Part shown: positions 29,101-38,754 of the stretch, in pieces
Layout of the letters: every line of letters begins with the position of its first letter
How positions within the stretch are numbered: position 1 is the first letter of the stretch
Source: an uncultured Lentisphaerales bacterium
GTDB lineage: Bacteria > Verrucomicrobiota > Lentisphaeria > JABSQK01 > UBA12247
Reading direction: 5' to 3'
Assembly (NCBI GenBank): GCA_943788985.1
Contig: CALSSJ010000013.1
Coordinates: 32,001-96,000, forward strand
DNA length: 64,000 bases
The notes under the pieces: model-generated
Told to the model about the DNA's origin: nothing
Databases searched by the model: none
What the model saw: the letters and a program-made list of their open reading frames with translations, nothing else
Translations under genes and position numbers: made by a program

Positions 29101-30284
29101 GGTTGATGAAACACGAGAATCCCTGGATTGCGGCGCGCGGTGTCTGGTTGCTGCCGTATCTGGGCGAAGCCGGGCTGGTTCAGTGTGTTGCCTTGCTTGC
29201 CTCGGAGGATCCTTGGCTGCGGCTGACCGCGTACCGTGCGCTGCGCCGGGCCAACCGCCCTATCCTCCCCTACGCTGAGCAATTGGCAAGCGATCCGGAT
29301 CCACGTGTGGGCCGAGATGTCGCCCTTTCCTTGCGCGACGTGCCGCTGGCACAAACGGCCGAGATCTTCCTCAAACTAGCGGACCAATGGGACGGCAAGG
29401 ACCGCACCTATCTCGAGGCACTTGGCCTCGGGCTGGTCAAGCAAGAAGCTCCTTTCTGGGACATGCTAAAAGCCCGCGAGACCGCCACTGCCAAACAGTG
29501 GACGCCCGCGTTCGCACGCCTGACTTGGCGCTTACATCCGCCCGCTGCCTTGCCGTTTCTGCTGCAACGGGCCCAGGCCCTAAGCCTGAGCAGCGAGGCA
29601 CGCAAACTCGCGCTCGATACGATCGCCTTTACGCCTGGACCAGAAGCCCCGCGCGCCATGCTGCAGGTCTACGGCGCTGGCGGCCCAGAGGCCGCCTATG
29701 CCAGGATGTGGCTGAATATGCGCTATTTTGGCGGTGGCTGGGATGACCTTATGCCACGCTCAGATGCGGAGGCCGCTGGCGCCATCGCACCATTGGCAGT
29801 GATCCAACCCATCACAGTGCCACCCAAGCCGAAAGAGCCAAAGCTCCCGCCCATGAAGGAAATCCTAGCGTTGACCGGTGACACAGCGAAGGGTAAAATG
29901 GTGGCAGCCCGCTGCTACATCTGCCACAAGTTTGACGGCAACGGGATTGCCTACGGTCCCACGCTAGACGGCTGGGGCAAAGCGCGTTCTCGCGAGGAAG
30001 TACTGCGAGCGGTCTATAATCCAGACGCCGCCATCGCACACGGCTACGACGGGTCCAAGATCCTCAGAAGAGGCAAGCCTGAGCTTCACGGCCGAGTGCT
30101 CAACCATGACGACTTTGTGTTGACCGTCCAGTCGACTGGCGGCGTCGTGCAGAAGGTCCGTAGCAAAGACGTCCATCGCATTGTCCCGCTGAAGCGCAGC
30201 CTGATGTTCTATCCCCAGCAACTGGGGCTGACGCAGGCCCAGGACTTCGCTGACCTAGTCAGCTTTCTGCGAGAGCTCAAGTAA
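26142..30284 (+). CDS. PVC-type membrane-bound dehydrogenase/heme-binding protein (ThuA-like + NPCBM + beta-propeller + HEAT + cytochrome c)
   Basis: HEFRAGC/GGHYH ThuA-like domain, GLGTHAPS NPCBM, NPTNMDTDADGRIWV, EDTNGDG, NFRNSYE, RPSDVMVGADG and CYICH heme motif. Confidence 0.9.
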   Translation: MQIQKCYQSKARGKRALPGALAILFILCALLASEAAAARKKVLFIAGHPSHSNGEHEFRAGCMLLAKAINDSGLDIEAVVHSYDWPKDESIFEGVDAVVIYADAGGPIRNKLTFLDEKVKAGMGIMFMHYGVHPPKQIGQDYFLDWIGGYFETGWSVNPHWIADLAPKANHPVGNGIDKPVKAYDEFYFNMRFPTDCDECYPLVTASPQPDRMVRYINLWNEHGDAAFGKPQALMWCRDPKSGGRGIGFTGGHYHKNWAIDDFRKLALNSIVWLARGEVPATGVPSQPLTQEHLNANLDRPKPGEVLPLPDGSELTQKPMARPQDPANYGRKGKTKPKASKAKKKARKSNKAKAAAPDAASPQAWTRPLLSSDKERLVQVELMVKGLKEIYLTVDDLHEDSHDWADWLNPRFVDAQGKETLLGQSQIVKATQGWGKLKHDMSVGGKPLKVAGKTYKQGLGTHAPSNIAVTVPKGAVKFLTSVGIDDGGALRNGKPTPAGMRFGVLAQPWSGKSAETAGKLTSKTLVPADYLTATGDLEVTLWASSPLLHNPTNMDTDADGRIWVAEGVNYRRHGNRAPKGDRIVVLEDTNGDGQADTSSVFVQDPELAAPLGVSVFGNKIVVAQPPNLLVYTDVNHNRVFEKGIDTREVLLTGFNAKQHDHSLHSVTAGPDGQWYLNQGNCGAVFTATDGKTFRLGSPYKGGGGEWFVDQKAAAGQPSDDGHVWIAGFIARMNPDGSNVEIVGHNFRNSYENTVNSYGEVFQNDNDDPPACRTSYVLEYGNAGFFSADGKRTWQVDRRPGQSTPTAHWRQEDPGTMPSGDVYGRGSPTGIAFYENGALPTSYRGTLLSGQAALRLIFGYQPEPDGAGYKLERSHFVAATGPKDPALQGDKVWYNFRPSDVMVGADGAIYVADWFDPGVGGHGDRDAATAGAIYRIAPKGFKSAPKKIDLTTLEGAATALESPAVNVRYGGFVALRERGAAALPTVTRLMKHENPWIAARGVWLLPYLGEAGLVQCVALLASEDPWLRLTAYRALRRANRPILPYAEQLASDPDPRVGRDVALSLRDVPLAQTAEIFLKLADQWDGKDRTYLEALGLGLVKQEAPFWDMLKARETATAKQWTPAFARLTWRLHPPAALPFLLQRAQALSLSSEARKLALDTIAFTPGPEAPRAMLQVYGAGGPEAAYARMWLNMRYFGGGWDDLMPRSDAEAAGAIAPLAVIQPITVPPKPKEPKLPPMKEILALTGDTAKGKMVAARCYICHKFDGNGIAYGPTLDGWGKARSREEVLRAVYNPDAAIAHGYDGSKILRRGKPELHGRVLNHDDFVLTVQSTGGVVQKVRSKDVHRIVPLKRSLMFYPQQLGLTQAQDFADLVSFLRELK

Positions 30285-30328
30285 GCCGGGCCTAATGCGG
30301 CGGCTCAAGCGCGCGGTTGATGTGTTCG

Positions 30329-30435
30329 GACTAGCGACCAGCGATTGGCGACCAACGATTTTTAAGGAGTTCGTCGATCAGTCATCCCCGTCACCGCGTC
30401 TATTCTGCGCATCGCTGGTCGTGAGTCGCTAGTCG
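30329..30435. repeat. Inverted arrays of degenerate 7-mers
   Basis: CTAGCGA CCAGCGA TTGGCGA CCAACGA ... TCGCTGG TCGTGAG TCGCTAG, followed by an A-tract. Confidence 0.55.
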
Positions 30436-30484
30436 AAAAAAAAAGAAAACAACTGCCACCACGAGCTCCAGCACGCTCCACACA

Positions 30485-31165
30485 ATGATGATAACATCGG
30501 TCTATATCCCCACTAACTTGGACGGCTTCATTGCTGGTGGGACGGTTGCATCGACTGGCTCGATAAAAGCGGCCTCGCAGAGAATACCATCGTCATCTAC
30601 AACCCAGCCCAGGACTTCTACCTCGGGGGCACGGCTGGAGTGATAAGCGCCTAAAGCACGAGGCATCTTTGCGAATGCCGCTTCTCATCCGCTGGCCCCA
30701 GCGCGTGAAGCCAGGCACCCGGATCAACGCCATGATACAAAATGTCGATTATGCCCCGACCTTTTTGGAGATCGCTGGCCTACCAGCTCCAGAAGTTATC
30801 CAGGGACGCTCGCTGTTGTCGCTACGCCGGCAGACTGGCGTACCGCCATCTACTACCACTCCCCCCCCCACAGCGGTGCTTATAACCTGCCCAAGATCGA
30901 GGGCGTCCGCGGCGACCGCTTCAAGCTGATCGGCTATTACGACCACCCGAAGCTAAAGTTGGGCGAGCAATGGGAGCTATTCGAACTTGAACAAGATCCG
31001 CAGGAACTTCACTCTCAGCATGCCAATCCAGAATTCGCAGCCCCGCGCACGTGGCTCGAAGCGGAGCTTCAGCGCCTACGCCACGACTACGGCGTCCCAA
31101 GATTGGAAGCCTCCTCCCCTCCCCTCCTTGCAGACAAAACCTCCTGCGTCACATTCGCCAGATGA
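30485..31165 (+). pseudogene. Chimeric relic: DHFR/RibD-C-like N-terminus joined to a sulfatase C-terminal half
   Basis: SVYIPTNLDGFIA..DGCIDWL runs into DKSGLAENTIVIY, MPLLIRWP, NVDYAPTFLEIAG and WELFELEQDPQE; several frameshifts. Confidence 0.72.
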
Positions 31166-31610
31166 ATCCGGCGCGCCCAGTCTCCCGTAACGCGCTCCGG
31201 TCCCATTTCTTCGGGGGCAGCAGGTGCTGGATCGTCTTCAACGCTTGGCTGAAGTCAAAGTGAACTGTGATACCGTTGGCCGGCTTGTAGCGTCCTAGGT
31301 CATGTCTTGGGTTGGATGCGTTATGACAGCGGATGCAGAGCTTGCAACTGCCGCGATGCCCGCGTTACATTGGCTGGGGCTGCCTACCTGTCCGGCGCCA
31401 ATCCAGCCACGCTCATTTCGCCCTGATCCCTTGAATCCTGTACTCCGCCAGCCTATGTTCGCGGTAGCGCGAAAAGTCTTGCGCTTGCCGTTGCCTGAAT
31501 TCGTTCCTTGAATGACAACATTCATCCCCGTCTTATTAGATAACTTTATCGGGTTGCCAGTCACTAGCCCGGCTTTCCGCGTTGTGATTGTGCACGGAGG
31601 TGCGGCGAAA

Positions 31611-32675
31611 ATGCGAGTGAATGCCCACATACAAGCGATCGGAACCGCAGTGCCCCCATGGCGCTACGATCAGCTCGAACTGGCAACCAGCCTCGCAACA
31701 ATCCTGGGCGTTCCAAGGTCGAGCCGGATCCTAGCAGAGCTTGCCCGAAATACGGCAATAGCGAGCCGCTACTCCGTACTGCCCGACTTCTCGCCTACCT
31801 GCCAAGAGCCTCTGCTCTATGGCCAGGAAGCTCCTACCACCGCGACCCGCAATCGGATCTATGAGCAGTTGGCCGCACCACTAGCCGCCCGGGCCGCCAG
31901 TGCAACCCTTGCCAGCGCCAAAATCTCGGCCTGCGAGGTCACTCACCTAATTACCGTCTCCTGTACTGGCTTCTCTGCACCAGGCATCGATGTCGGCCTG
32001 ATCCATTCCCTGAAACTCGCCCCACATGTGCAACGGTTTCACTTGGGTTTCATGGGCTGCTTCGCTGGTCTTCCGGCGTTGCATCTGGCCTCTCAGATTG
32101 TCATCGCGCAGCCAGGCGCGGTGGTCCTAGTGGTTTGCTGCGAGCTGTGCTCGCTGCACTTTCAGCCAACCAACGAGCGCAACAATCTACTCTCCGCCAG
32201 CATTTTTGCAGATGGTGCGGGGGCCGCACTAGTGAGTGCCGATCCCACGGGCCCTTTTCGCCTCGGCACCCACGGTTCAATCCTTATCCCCGACAGCACA
32301 GGTGCCATGTCCTGGCAAGTTGGCGATACCGGCTTTATCATGGGATTGTCGCGCGAAGTGCCACGACTGATCAGCGACGGACTGCGCACCCGGCTCGCCG
32401 CAGCCGACGGGCCGCTGTTTACCACCCCGGAAGCACTCATTTGGGCCGTACATCCAGGCGGCGCTGCCATCCTCGAGGCATGCGCCACCGGCCTGAGCCT
32501 CCCCACGACGGCACTGGCAAATTCCTATCGGGTCCTCCGCGACTACGGCAATCTCAGCAGCGCCACGATTCTCTTTGTGCTCAAAGAACTGCTGGCCGAC
32601 AACCGAACAGGCCCCGGCTGCGCCCTCGCCTTTGGCCCCGGCCTCACAGCAAACTGGCTCACCTTTCACCGATGA
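31611..32675 (+). CDS. Type III polyketide synthase (chalcone/stilbene synthase family)
   Basis: IGTAVP, VSCTGFSAPG, catalytic Cys-His-Asn in GFMGC / WAVHPGG / GNLSS, AFGPGL; GGAGG RBS. Confidence 0.95.
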   Translation: MRVNAHIQAIGTAVPPWRYDQLELATSLATILGVPRSSRILAELARNTAIASRYSVLPDFSPTCQEPLLYGQEAPTTATRNRIYEQLAAPLAARAASATLASAKISACEVTHLITVSCTGFSAPGIDVGLIHSLKLAPHVQRFHLGFMGCFAGLPALHLASQIVIAQPGAVVLVVCCELCSLHFQPTNERNNLLSASIFADGAGAALVSADPTGPFRLGTHGSILIPDSTGAMSWQVGDTGFIMGLSREVPRLISDGLRTRLAAADGPLFTTPEALIWAVHPGGAAILEACATGLSLPTTALANSYRVLRDYGNLSSATILFVLKELLADNRTGPGCALAFGPGLTANWLTFHR

Positions 32676-33346
32676 ATCTCTCCCGCCGCGATGAACAGCT
32701 AGTGGAAGCGATGGACGACTCCAACTGCGACCAAGGCCTTTTTCTGCGCACTCATCGTCAGCTTGCCACCATCAATTCCCTGCTCTGCCGCTGGCGCTGG
32801 CTGTACCTACACCATATTCGGTCTCAGTGCCTACCGGGCCAAAGCTATCGCCTGCTTGATGTCGGCTGCGGCACCGGTCATCTTCTGATCACCCTGGCTG
32901 ACTGGGCCCGGCAGGATCAGATCGACTTTGAACCCATCGGCATCGATCTCGACGCACGCGCTTTCGCCATCGCTGCTTCCGGTCTCACCCTCCGCCAGCA
33001 ATCCATTCAAGACCTGGCAGCCGATAACGAGACGTTCGACTTTGTCGTCTGCAATCATGTCCTGCATCATTTGCCCACGAACGAAATCACTGAGTTTCTG
33101 GCTGCAATTACTGCCGTTACCCGCCGCTGTGCCATCGTCAACGACATTGCCCGCAGCAACTTCGCCTACCGCACCTTTCCGCTGGTCGGTTGCTGCTTCC
33201 GCAACAGCTGGATTCTGCCGGATGGGCTCCTCTCTATTCGCCGCAGCTTCACCCCGCATGAACTCCTCCCGCTGCTGCCGCCAGCATGGCGCATCCAGAC
33301 ACTGCCACCAAGCCGCCTCGTGGCACGGTATAATGCCAGCCTATGA
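32672..33346 (+). CDS. SAM-dependent methyltransferase, PKS-associated
   Basis: EAMDD, LLDVGCGTG, NHVLHHL and DGLLSIRRSFT; ATGA overlap with the PKS. Confidence 0.9.
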   Translation: MNLSRRDEQLVEAMDDSNCDQGLFLRTHRQLATINSLLCRWRWLYLHHIRSQCLPGQSYRLLDVGCGTGHLLITLADWARQDQIDFEPIGIDLDARAFAIAASGLTLRQQSIQDLAADNETFDFVVCNHVLHHLPTNEITEFLAAITAVTRRCAIVNDIARSNFAYRTFPLVGCCFRNSWILPDGLLSIRRSFTPHELLPLLPPAWRIQTLPPSRLVARYNASL

Positions 33347-34436
33347 CTTCGTCATTTGCGGGGCCGGGCCCGTCGGCCTGTACGCAGCCTGCCTCCTGCA
33401 CGCCCGCGGGCACAGCTGCTGTGTGCTCGAGAAAGACGCAGCCCTGCCGCCCCAGTCGCGCGCCATCGGCATCCATCCGCCCAGCCTGCGGCTGTTCGCC
33501 GAACTAGATCTCGCCGACCGCATCATTGCTGCCGGTTACTCGCTTGATCAGGCGCGCGTTTACGTCGATCGCCGCGAAATCACCACGCTAGACTTCAGCG
33601 GACTCAACCATCCGTTCCCCTTCATCCTATCGTTGCCGCAAGCCAATCTTCTGCGCATCCTGCACCAGCACCTGCTTGATCTCGGGGTGCCCATTCTGTG
33701 GCAGCATGAAGTTGCCAGCCTAAGCCAGTCCAACACTGAGGTGACGGTGCAGTCGGTCCATGGCATCAGCATTAGCGGCCGATACCTGCTAGCCTGTGAT
33801 GGTGCCCACAGTAGCATCCGCACATTCCTTGGCATCAACTGGCGCGCCACAACCTACCCCGACACCTATCTCATGGGCGACTTCCAAGACCAGACGCCCG
33901 CCGGCGCAGCTGCCGCCATTCACCTCGGCACGGACGGCCTGGTAGAGTCGTTCCCGCTGCCCGCTGGCCTGCGGCGTTGGGTAGTCCGCCAGCAAGCGCC
34001 ATGTCCCCAAGCAGGATGCCAGGAGCTGCGTGCTGCTGTCGCCCAGCGAACCGGCCACACCGATCTGGGAACAGCGGATGGCGAAGCCTCGTTCTTCCGC
34101 GTCCACGGCTGCTCCGCCGACACGCTCTATCAAAACCGAGTCATTCTCCTCGGCGATGCTGCCCATGTAGTTAGTCCCATCGGCGGCCAAGGCATGAATC
34201 TGGGCTGGCTCCGGGCCCATAAGCTTCTCAACGACTTCACTCCCGGCAACCTCCCCGAATGGCAGCAAACCACCCTCCGCTTCGCCGATCGCATCCGCCG
34301 TCAGGCAGTCTGGAACATGCGCCTGGGGCGCCCTCAATCCAGCCCGCGCCTCCTCGCCTGCCTTCTCCGCCTCTACTTCGGACCACTGTTCGTTGCCAGT
34401 TTTCGGCGCCGCTTCACCATGACGCAGCGCCGTTGA
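33333..34436 (+). CDS. FAD-dependent monooxygenase (UbiH/PheA family)
   Basis: GAGPVGL, ACDGAHSSIR and LLGDAAHVVSPIGGQGMNLG. Confidence 0.92.
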   Translation: MPAYDFVICGAGPVGLYAACLLHARGHSCCVLEKDAALPPQSRAIGIHPPSLRLFAELDLADRIIAAGYSLDQARVYVDRREITTLDFSGLNHPFPFILSLPQANLLRILHQHLLDLGVPILWQHEVASLSQSNTEVTVQSVHGISISGRYLLACDGAHSSIRTFLGINWRATTYPDTYLMGDFQDQTPAGAAAAIHLGTDGLVESFPLPAGLRRWVVRQQAPCPQAGCQELRAAVAQRTGHTDLGTADGEASFFRVHGCSADTLYQNRVILLGDAAHVVSPIGGQGMNLGWLRAHKLLNDFTPGNLPEWQQTTLRFADRIRRQAVWNMRLGRPQSSPRLLACLLRLYFGPLFVASFRRRFTMTQRR

Positions 34437-34449
34437 AAGCAAGTTGCCC

Positions 34450-34790
34450 CCCGTTGCCTGCGAACATCGCAAAAAGTTCGAACCCCGCCAGATCCTTGGT
34501 TTCAGCCGAAAAACAGTAGAGTTTGGCTTTTCGCCGATAAATACCTGGTGGTCAAACACAAACTTCTCTTGCTCGCCAAAGATGCCGGCGGCAACAATGT
34601 GCTGCTGCGTGGCCTTAAGGCGATAGAAAAGGCGGCTGCCGCAGACACTGCACAATCCACGTTCGGCCCACAGCGACGAGTCGAACACCGAGACACCGCC
34701 TTGGATTGTAACATTCGTGCCCCCATCCAACGCCATAAACGGCCCAACACCCCAGCGTCGCCCCGATGCGAATCTTGCTTCAACCGCCAT
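34450..34790 (-). pseudogene. GFA/CENP-V family remnant
   Basis: RRWGVGPFMA...SSLWAERGLCSVCGSRLFYRL...QVFIGEKP; N-terminal Cys motifs missing; 3' frameshift. Confidence 0.75.
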
Positions 34791-35036
34791 CCCGATCTGC
34801 TTGGTCGCTCGCAGTATGGCTATCGTTCAGGCAACTCCAGCCCCGCCAAGGAAGTCCAGCAAGAGCCATAAAGCTCATCAAATACCGAAGGAAGCTAGCG
34901 GATGACGGAAAGCGAAGCGAGGAGCACATCGCAGACCTACTCAAGGTGAGAACATCAGCAGAACTCACGATGCAGGCTATCATCCCGGCGTAAAGTCTTT
35001 ATTGCCATTCCTCAATTGAGAAGATGTGCCATCGGT

Positions 35037-35966
35037 TCAGCAAATCATGCCTTTCTTGGCATTGGCCCCGTGTCCTACAGGGGCAGCGCCAATCCAGCGC
35101 TCGTCTGCAGGCTCCGAGGCAAGCTGGTACCTTGAATCGGTTGAAAGCCTAAAGCGGCTGGTATGGTTGTCGGCCGAGGCGTGCAAGGTATGCATGCCAA
35201 ACGTTAGGATATCCCCGGCCTGAAACTCGGTGCTCAACCAGCGCTGCTTGAATCGAGACTGAAGCTTGATTGTGTCAGGATCGAAGATACCTGCGCTTTT
35301 GTCGGCGCGCCAAGCCGGCAGGTTCGCTGCGTTTTCAGCTGCGGTGGGCTTCGTCTCACAGTAGGTGTCCACATCATTGGTCCAGTAGTCTGCCAGCAGG
35401 TCCTCCCGAGTGTGAGAGTTCTCCAGAATCATCAAGCCACCCAGCTCGTAAGGCACATCCATTAGCGGCGTCCACGTCGTATAGAGATCCGGTGTGCCAC
35501 GGCCCATATACACGGTATCGCAGTGTGGTGGCGTGTTCCGCCCTGCGGTACCATTCCGGAACCAGGTAAAGTCGAAATGGCGGACCGAATCGCCCAGAAA
35601 CCGCGCCCAAAAGCTCATCATCTCTGCTTCGTACAGCAGTTGGAATACTTCCGGCACGCCATTGGCGATCGCCACAGTATTGACTGCTGGCTTGCCGGAG
35701 CGGACCTGCCCTTCTACGCGACGGGCGGCAGGATCGAGGCACCCGAGCCGATCAAGTTGCTCCAACATGGCATCACGAGCAGCGGCCACTCGCGTCGTGT
35801 CGAGCAAGCCGGGGAGGTAAAGATAGCCATCACCCACCATACGCTCACGTAGCGCGTCCACATCGTCTTGAACATCGTCTGAGCGTCTCAACTCTCCAAA
35901 TGCCCCCGGAAGTTCGGTGAGGTAGGTGCCGTCGATACTGGGGCCTGTTTTTGAATCTATATCCAT
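35037..35966 (-). CDS. Phytanoyl-CoA dioxygenase family Fe(II)/2-oxoglutarate oxygenase
   Basis: DGYLYLPG, TPPHCD (HxD), TTWTPL, GDILTFGMHTLH and RLSTDSRY. Confidence 0.9.
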   Translation of the reverse strand: MDIDSKTGPSIDGTYLTELPGAFGELRRSDDVQDDVDALRERMVGDGYLYLPGLLDTTRVAAARDAMLEQLDRLGCLDPAARRVEGQVRSGKPAVNTVAIANGVPEVFQLLYEAEMMSFWARFLGDSVRHFDFTWFRNGTAGRNTPPHCDTVYMGRGTPDLYTTWTPLMDVPYELGGLMILENSHTREDLLADYWTNDVDTYCETKPTAAENAANLPAWRADKSAGIFDPDTIKLQSRFKQRWLSTEFQAGDILTFGMHTLHASADNHTSRFRLSTDSRYQLASEPADERWIGAAPVGHGANAKKGMIC

Positions 35967-36018
35967 TGTGGCATCCTTCTAAATAGTGCGGCACATACCA
36001 ATACAAAGAAAGTTGAGC

Positions 36019-36070
36019 ATTGTAAACCGTGCATCCATGCCGAATTTGGCCAAAATCATGAGTAATTTGG
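36019..36070 (-). promoter_or_regulatory. Promoter with tandem AraC/XylS-type half-sites
   Basis: CCAAATT-N3-CATG twice, 21 nt apart (36036-36049 and 36057-36070), the proximal one over the -35 position; TACAAT -10 at 36019-36024. Confidence 0.5.
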
Positions 36071-36095
36071 TAGACCTGAGTCAAAACTCGGTCAG

Positions 36096-36720
36096 CTACT
36101 TGAGCGACGGCGCAAAGCGCCCTCTCTTCCGTAGCATCGCCGGCGACCCGTCGGCGACAAAAGCCGACGTGGGCGCGCTGTTAAGGAAGGCAGGAAACTC
36201 GATCATAGAAACTGCTGAGGTCTTCCTCGGCCAGATAACTTGAGGCAGGCCAAACCCTCCACTGGGGATGTTCGACGTGGTACTCAACCGTGCCACCATC
36301 GCGTTGTATTGAGTACCCCCTGTAGTGCTCGGCGATGAATTTCTCCTCGGAGCAAGTATCGAAAAACGCAGCCTCTCCCGAACACTGGGCACCAATTAAC
36401 AACCAGTCGCCGCGATACTGCCAGCCGTATTCAAGGCTACGCACACCGTTGTTTTTCCGCTCGTTCGTATCCTGTTGGGCAAGCGAAGTTATTCTCATTG
36501 TGGAGCCAGCGCGCCGCGGAAGCAATGGCGAGGCGCGAGACAACTTCCTTGATGAAGACGACACCGCGCCACCAGCCATCCGGCCCCTTCGCACGCACAG
36601 AAAAGCGAAGGTTTATCTCTTCGAAATCACGATGCAGGGGATCGGCACGCCCTTCACCCGCGTCTTCAAAAAGGAGAACGCGACCAAGCTTACGAAGGTG
36701 GTGCAATTCCAGCTATCCAG
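36096..36720 (-). pseudogene. DUF2071/YqjF family remnant
   Basis: FEEINLRF.V...RGVVFIKEVV and SEEKFIAEHY.GY...EYHVEHPQWRVW in different frames. Confidence 0.75.
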
Positions 36721-36804
36721 CTCTATGCCTTTGGGGATGTGGGGGCCAGGGATCGCCGGATCGACCGCATAACGAGGTCACGCCACTCGGCAGAATATTT
36801 CTCT

Positions 36805-38619
36805 TCATTGGGCGCTTTCCTTGGGGATCTTGAGCGTGGTGACGAGCTCGCCGGGGAGCGGCTCGGCTGCGTGCAGCGAGCGAGCATATTGCCGTTGAAG
36901 ATCAATGATCAGCGAGACATTCTGCGCAGCCTCGACCGTCCAACGATAGGTGTGATCCGTTGCGAGTGGCAGCTGAAGAACCACCCAGGTCAGCCCCTCG
37001 TTCACGTCAGTTTTCTTCCCGTTTACTTCGATGGTCTGCGGGTGTGGACTTGCGACTGCGAACTCGATCGCAACCTCGCGGCCAGTGTTTGCTGCCTCTG
37101 GAACCACAAACTGCTTCTCCCACTGCCCAGCCGCTGGCTTATGACGAATCCAGCCGCCGAATGCCATCGGGCCGTGATCTTTGCACTCGTAGCGATCCAG
37201 CAGGTCCAGTTGCACCCCATTCGGTCGCACCAACGCAACAGCTGGTGCTTCTACCACCAGCCTGTAGTAATCGAAGCCCCCCAGGACGGTACTGCTCGCC
37301 ACCCCGAAACAACCGAGCAGCAGGATCAGCTCCCGTCGTGGCCGCGGCCAGCGCTTGCAGACACGCAGGGTCCGGTCCACCGCTACGCCTGCGAACATTG
37401 CAAACAGTGGCACAACCGGCACCCGAAATCGCGCCAGGATATAAAATAGTACGATAGACGCGGCATAGGTGACAGCCAGGGCCCCACAGAACAGCACCGC
37501 CGGGCGATGCCTCCCGCGCAGGAGGGTCAGCGCCATCCCCATCAACCCCAGCGTTCCCAAAAGCCCGAAGCCGACGAGAAACGGCAACTGGATGGCTCTG
37601 GACGGCACCCAGCGACCATCGGGCGACCTCAGCGATACGTTATTGGGGATTTCAGAACGATGCAGGAACAGCAATCCCATACGGAGCTTCAACTCCAGAT
37701 AGGCCATTGGCTCGCGCTGGGCCCAGTCGACGATACTGCGGCCCACACTCCGTTGGTCCGCGCCTGTGGCCTTCGCGCGTGCCACCCAGTCTGAGTAGCT
37801 GGCCGGATAACTCATCGGGCCCGGCCCGGTGTCTGCTTCCCGTCCGCCTGGCGGTGCCTCTGGCGTGTTGCCAAGCGCGAGCACATTGCCGCCTGCCGTA
37901 CTGGTCACCCATTTTCCTGTGGCCCGATGATTCAGCCAGGAATACGGCACCTGAGGGAGCATTACACCCGCCAGAATTAGCGCTGTGATCGCGAACTGCC
38001 TTTTTCGCTCACTGCGAAAACGCCACAGCGCCAGAGCCACACACAGCGGCGTAAACAACAAGGCATTGCCACGTGTCACAATGGCCAGCCCGTTGACCAA
38101 CCCCAGCGCCGCCCACCACGGCCAACGTCGCAGCCGATATGCCTGTACCCCGAGCCAGCTAAGCACAGCCATCCAAAACGTCTGAACGGTTGCGATCATC
38201 GCAAACGGCGCATAAAGAATGGACATCCGATGCAGGCCTATTCCGGCAGCTGCGACCAGCCCCGCACGACGCCCAAACAGATGCGCCGCAGTGAGTCCCG
38301 TCAACAATACCGTCAGAGTCCCCAGCGCCACCTGTACCATCGCCAGACCTGCCGTTCCGCCCAGCCACAGTCCAACAGGCACCAGGACGGTGTAGTAGAA
38401 GGGCTGATAGTAGAATCCTTCTGCCCATGGATAGTCACCATGCAGCACATCTCGCCCTAAAGCAAGATAAGTCGCCATATCCGTGAATTTAGACGGAAGT
38501 TGAACAGACGGATGCGCTCGAAAAAGCTCGGCCGCGCACCATCCCCGCAGGGCACAGGAAACTACCGTAATTCCGCCAAGCAACAACAACCATTTTCGAG
38601 TTCGAAGAGTAAAGTTCAT
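36805..38619 (-). CDS. GT-C fold glycosyltransferase (ArnT/PMT-like)
   Basis: TDMATY, FYYQPFY, many TM segments, RGNALL and FYILARFRVP; soluble C-terminal domain. Alternative start at 38688. Confidence 0.85.
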   Translation of the reverse strand: MNFTLRTRKWLLLLGGITVVSCALRGWCAAELFRAHPSVQLPSKFTDMATYLALGRDVLHGDYPWAEGFYYQPFYYTVLVPVGLWLGGTAGLAMVQVALGTLTVLLTGLTAAHLFGRRAGLVAAAGIGLHRMSILYAPFAMIATVQTFWMAVLSWLGVQAYRLRRWPWWAALGLVNGLAIVTRGNALLFTPLCVALALWRFRSERKRQFAITALILAGVMLPQVPYSWLNHRATGKWVTSTAGGNVLALGNTPEAPPGGREADTGPGPMSYPASYSDWVARAKATGADQRSVGRSIVDWAQREPMAYLELKLRMGLLFLHRSEIPNNVSLRSPDGRWVPSRAIQLPFLVGFGLLGTLGLMGMALTLLRGRHRPAVLFCGALAVTYAASIVLFYILARFRVPVVPLFAMFAGVAVDRTLRVCKRWPRPRRELILLLGCFGVASSTVLGGFDYYRLVVEAPAVALVRPNGVQLDLLDRYECKDHGPMAFGGWIRHKPAAGQWEKQFVVPEAANTGREVAIEFAVASPHPQTIEVNGKKTDVNEGLTWVVLQLPLATDHTYRWTVEAAQNVSLIIDLQRQYARSLHAAEPLPGELVTTLKIPKESAQ

Positions 38620-38754
38620 GAAGTGCACTAAAAGCCTGATGATTTCTCGAAAAACATGCCCGGTCGGCCGAATTGCTGTAGCCGTCAAGCAGAGCGGGAG
38701 CTAATGTAGAACCCATCAGGAACTCCAGCAACCTAACGGTATATTTTTGAACTG

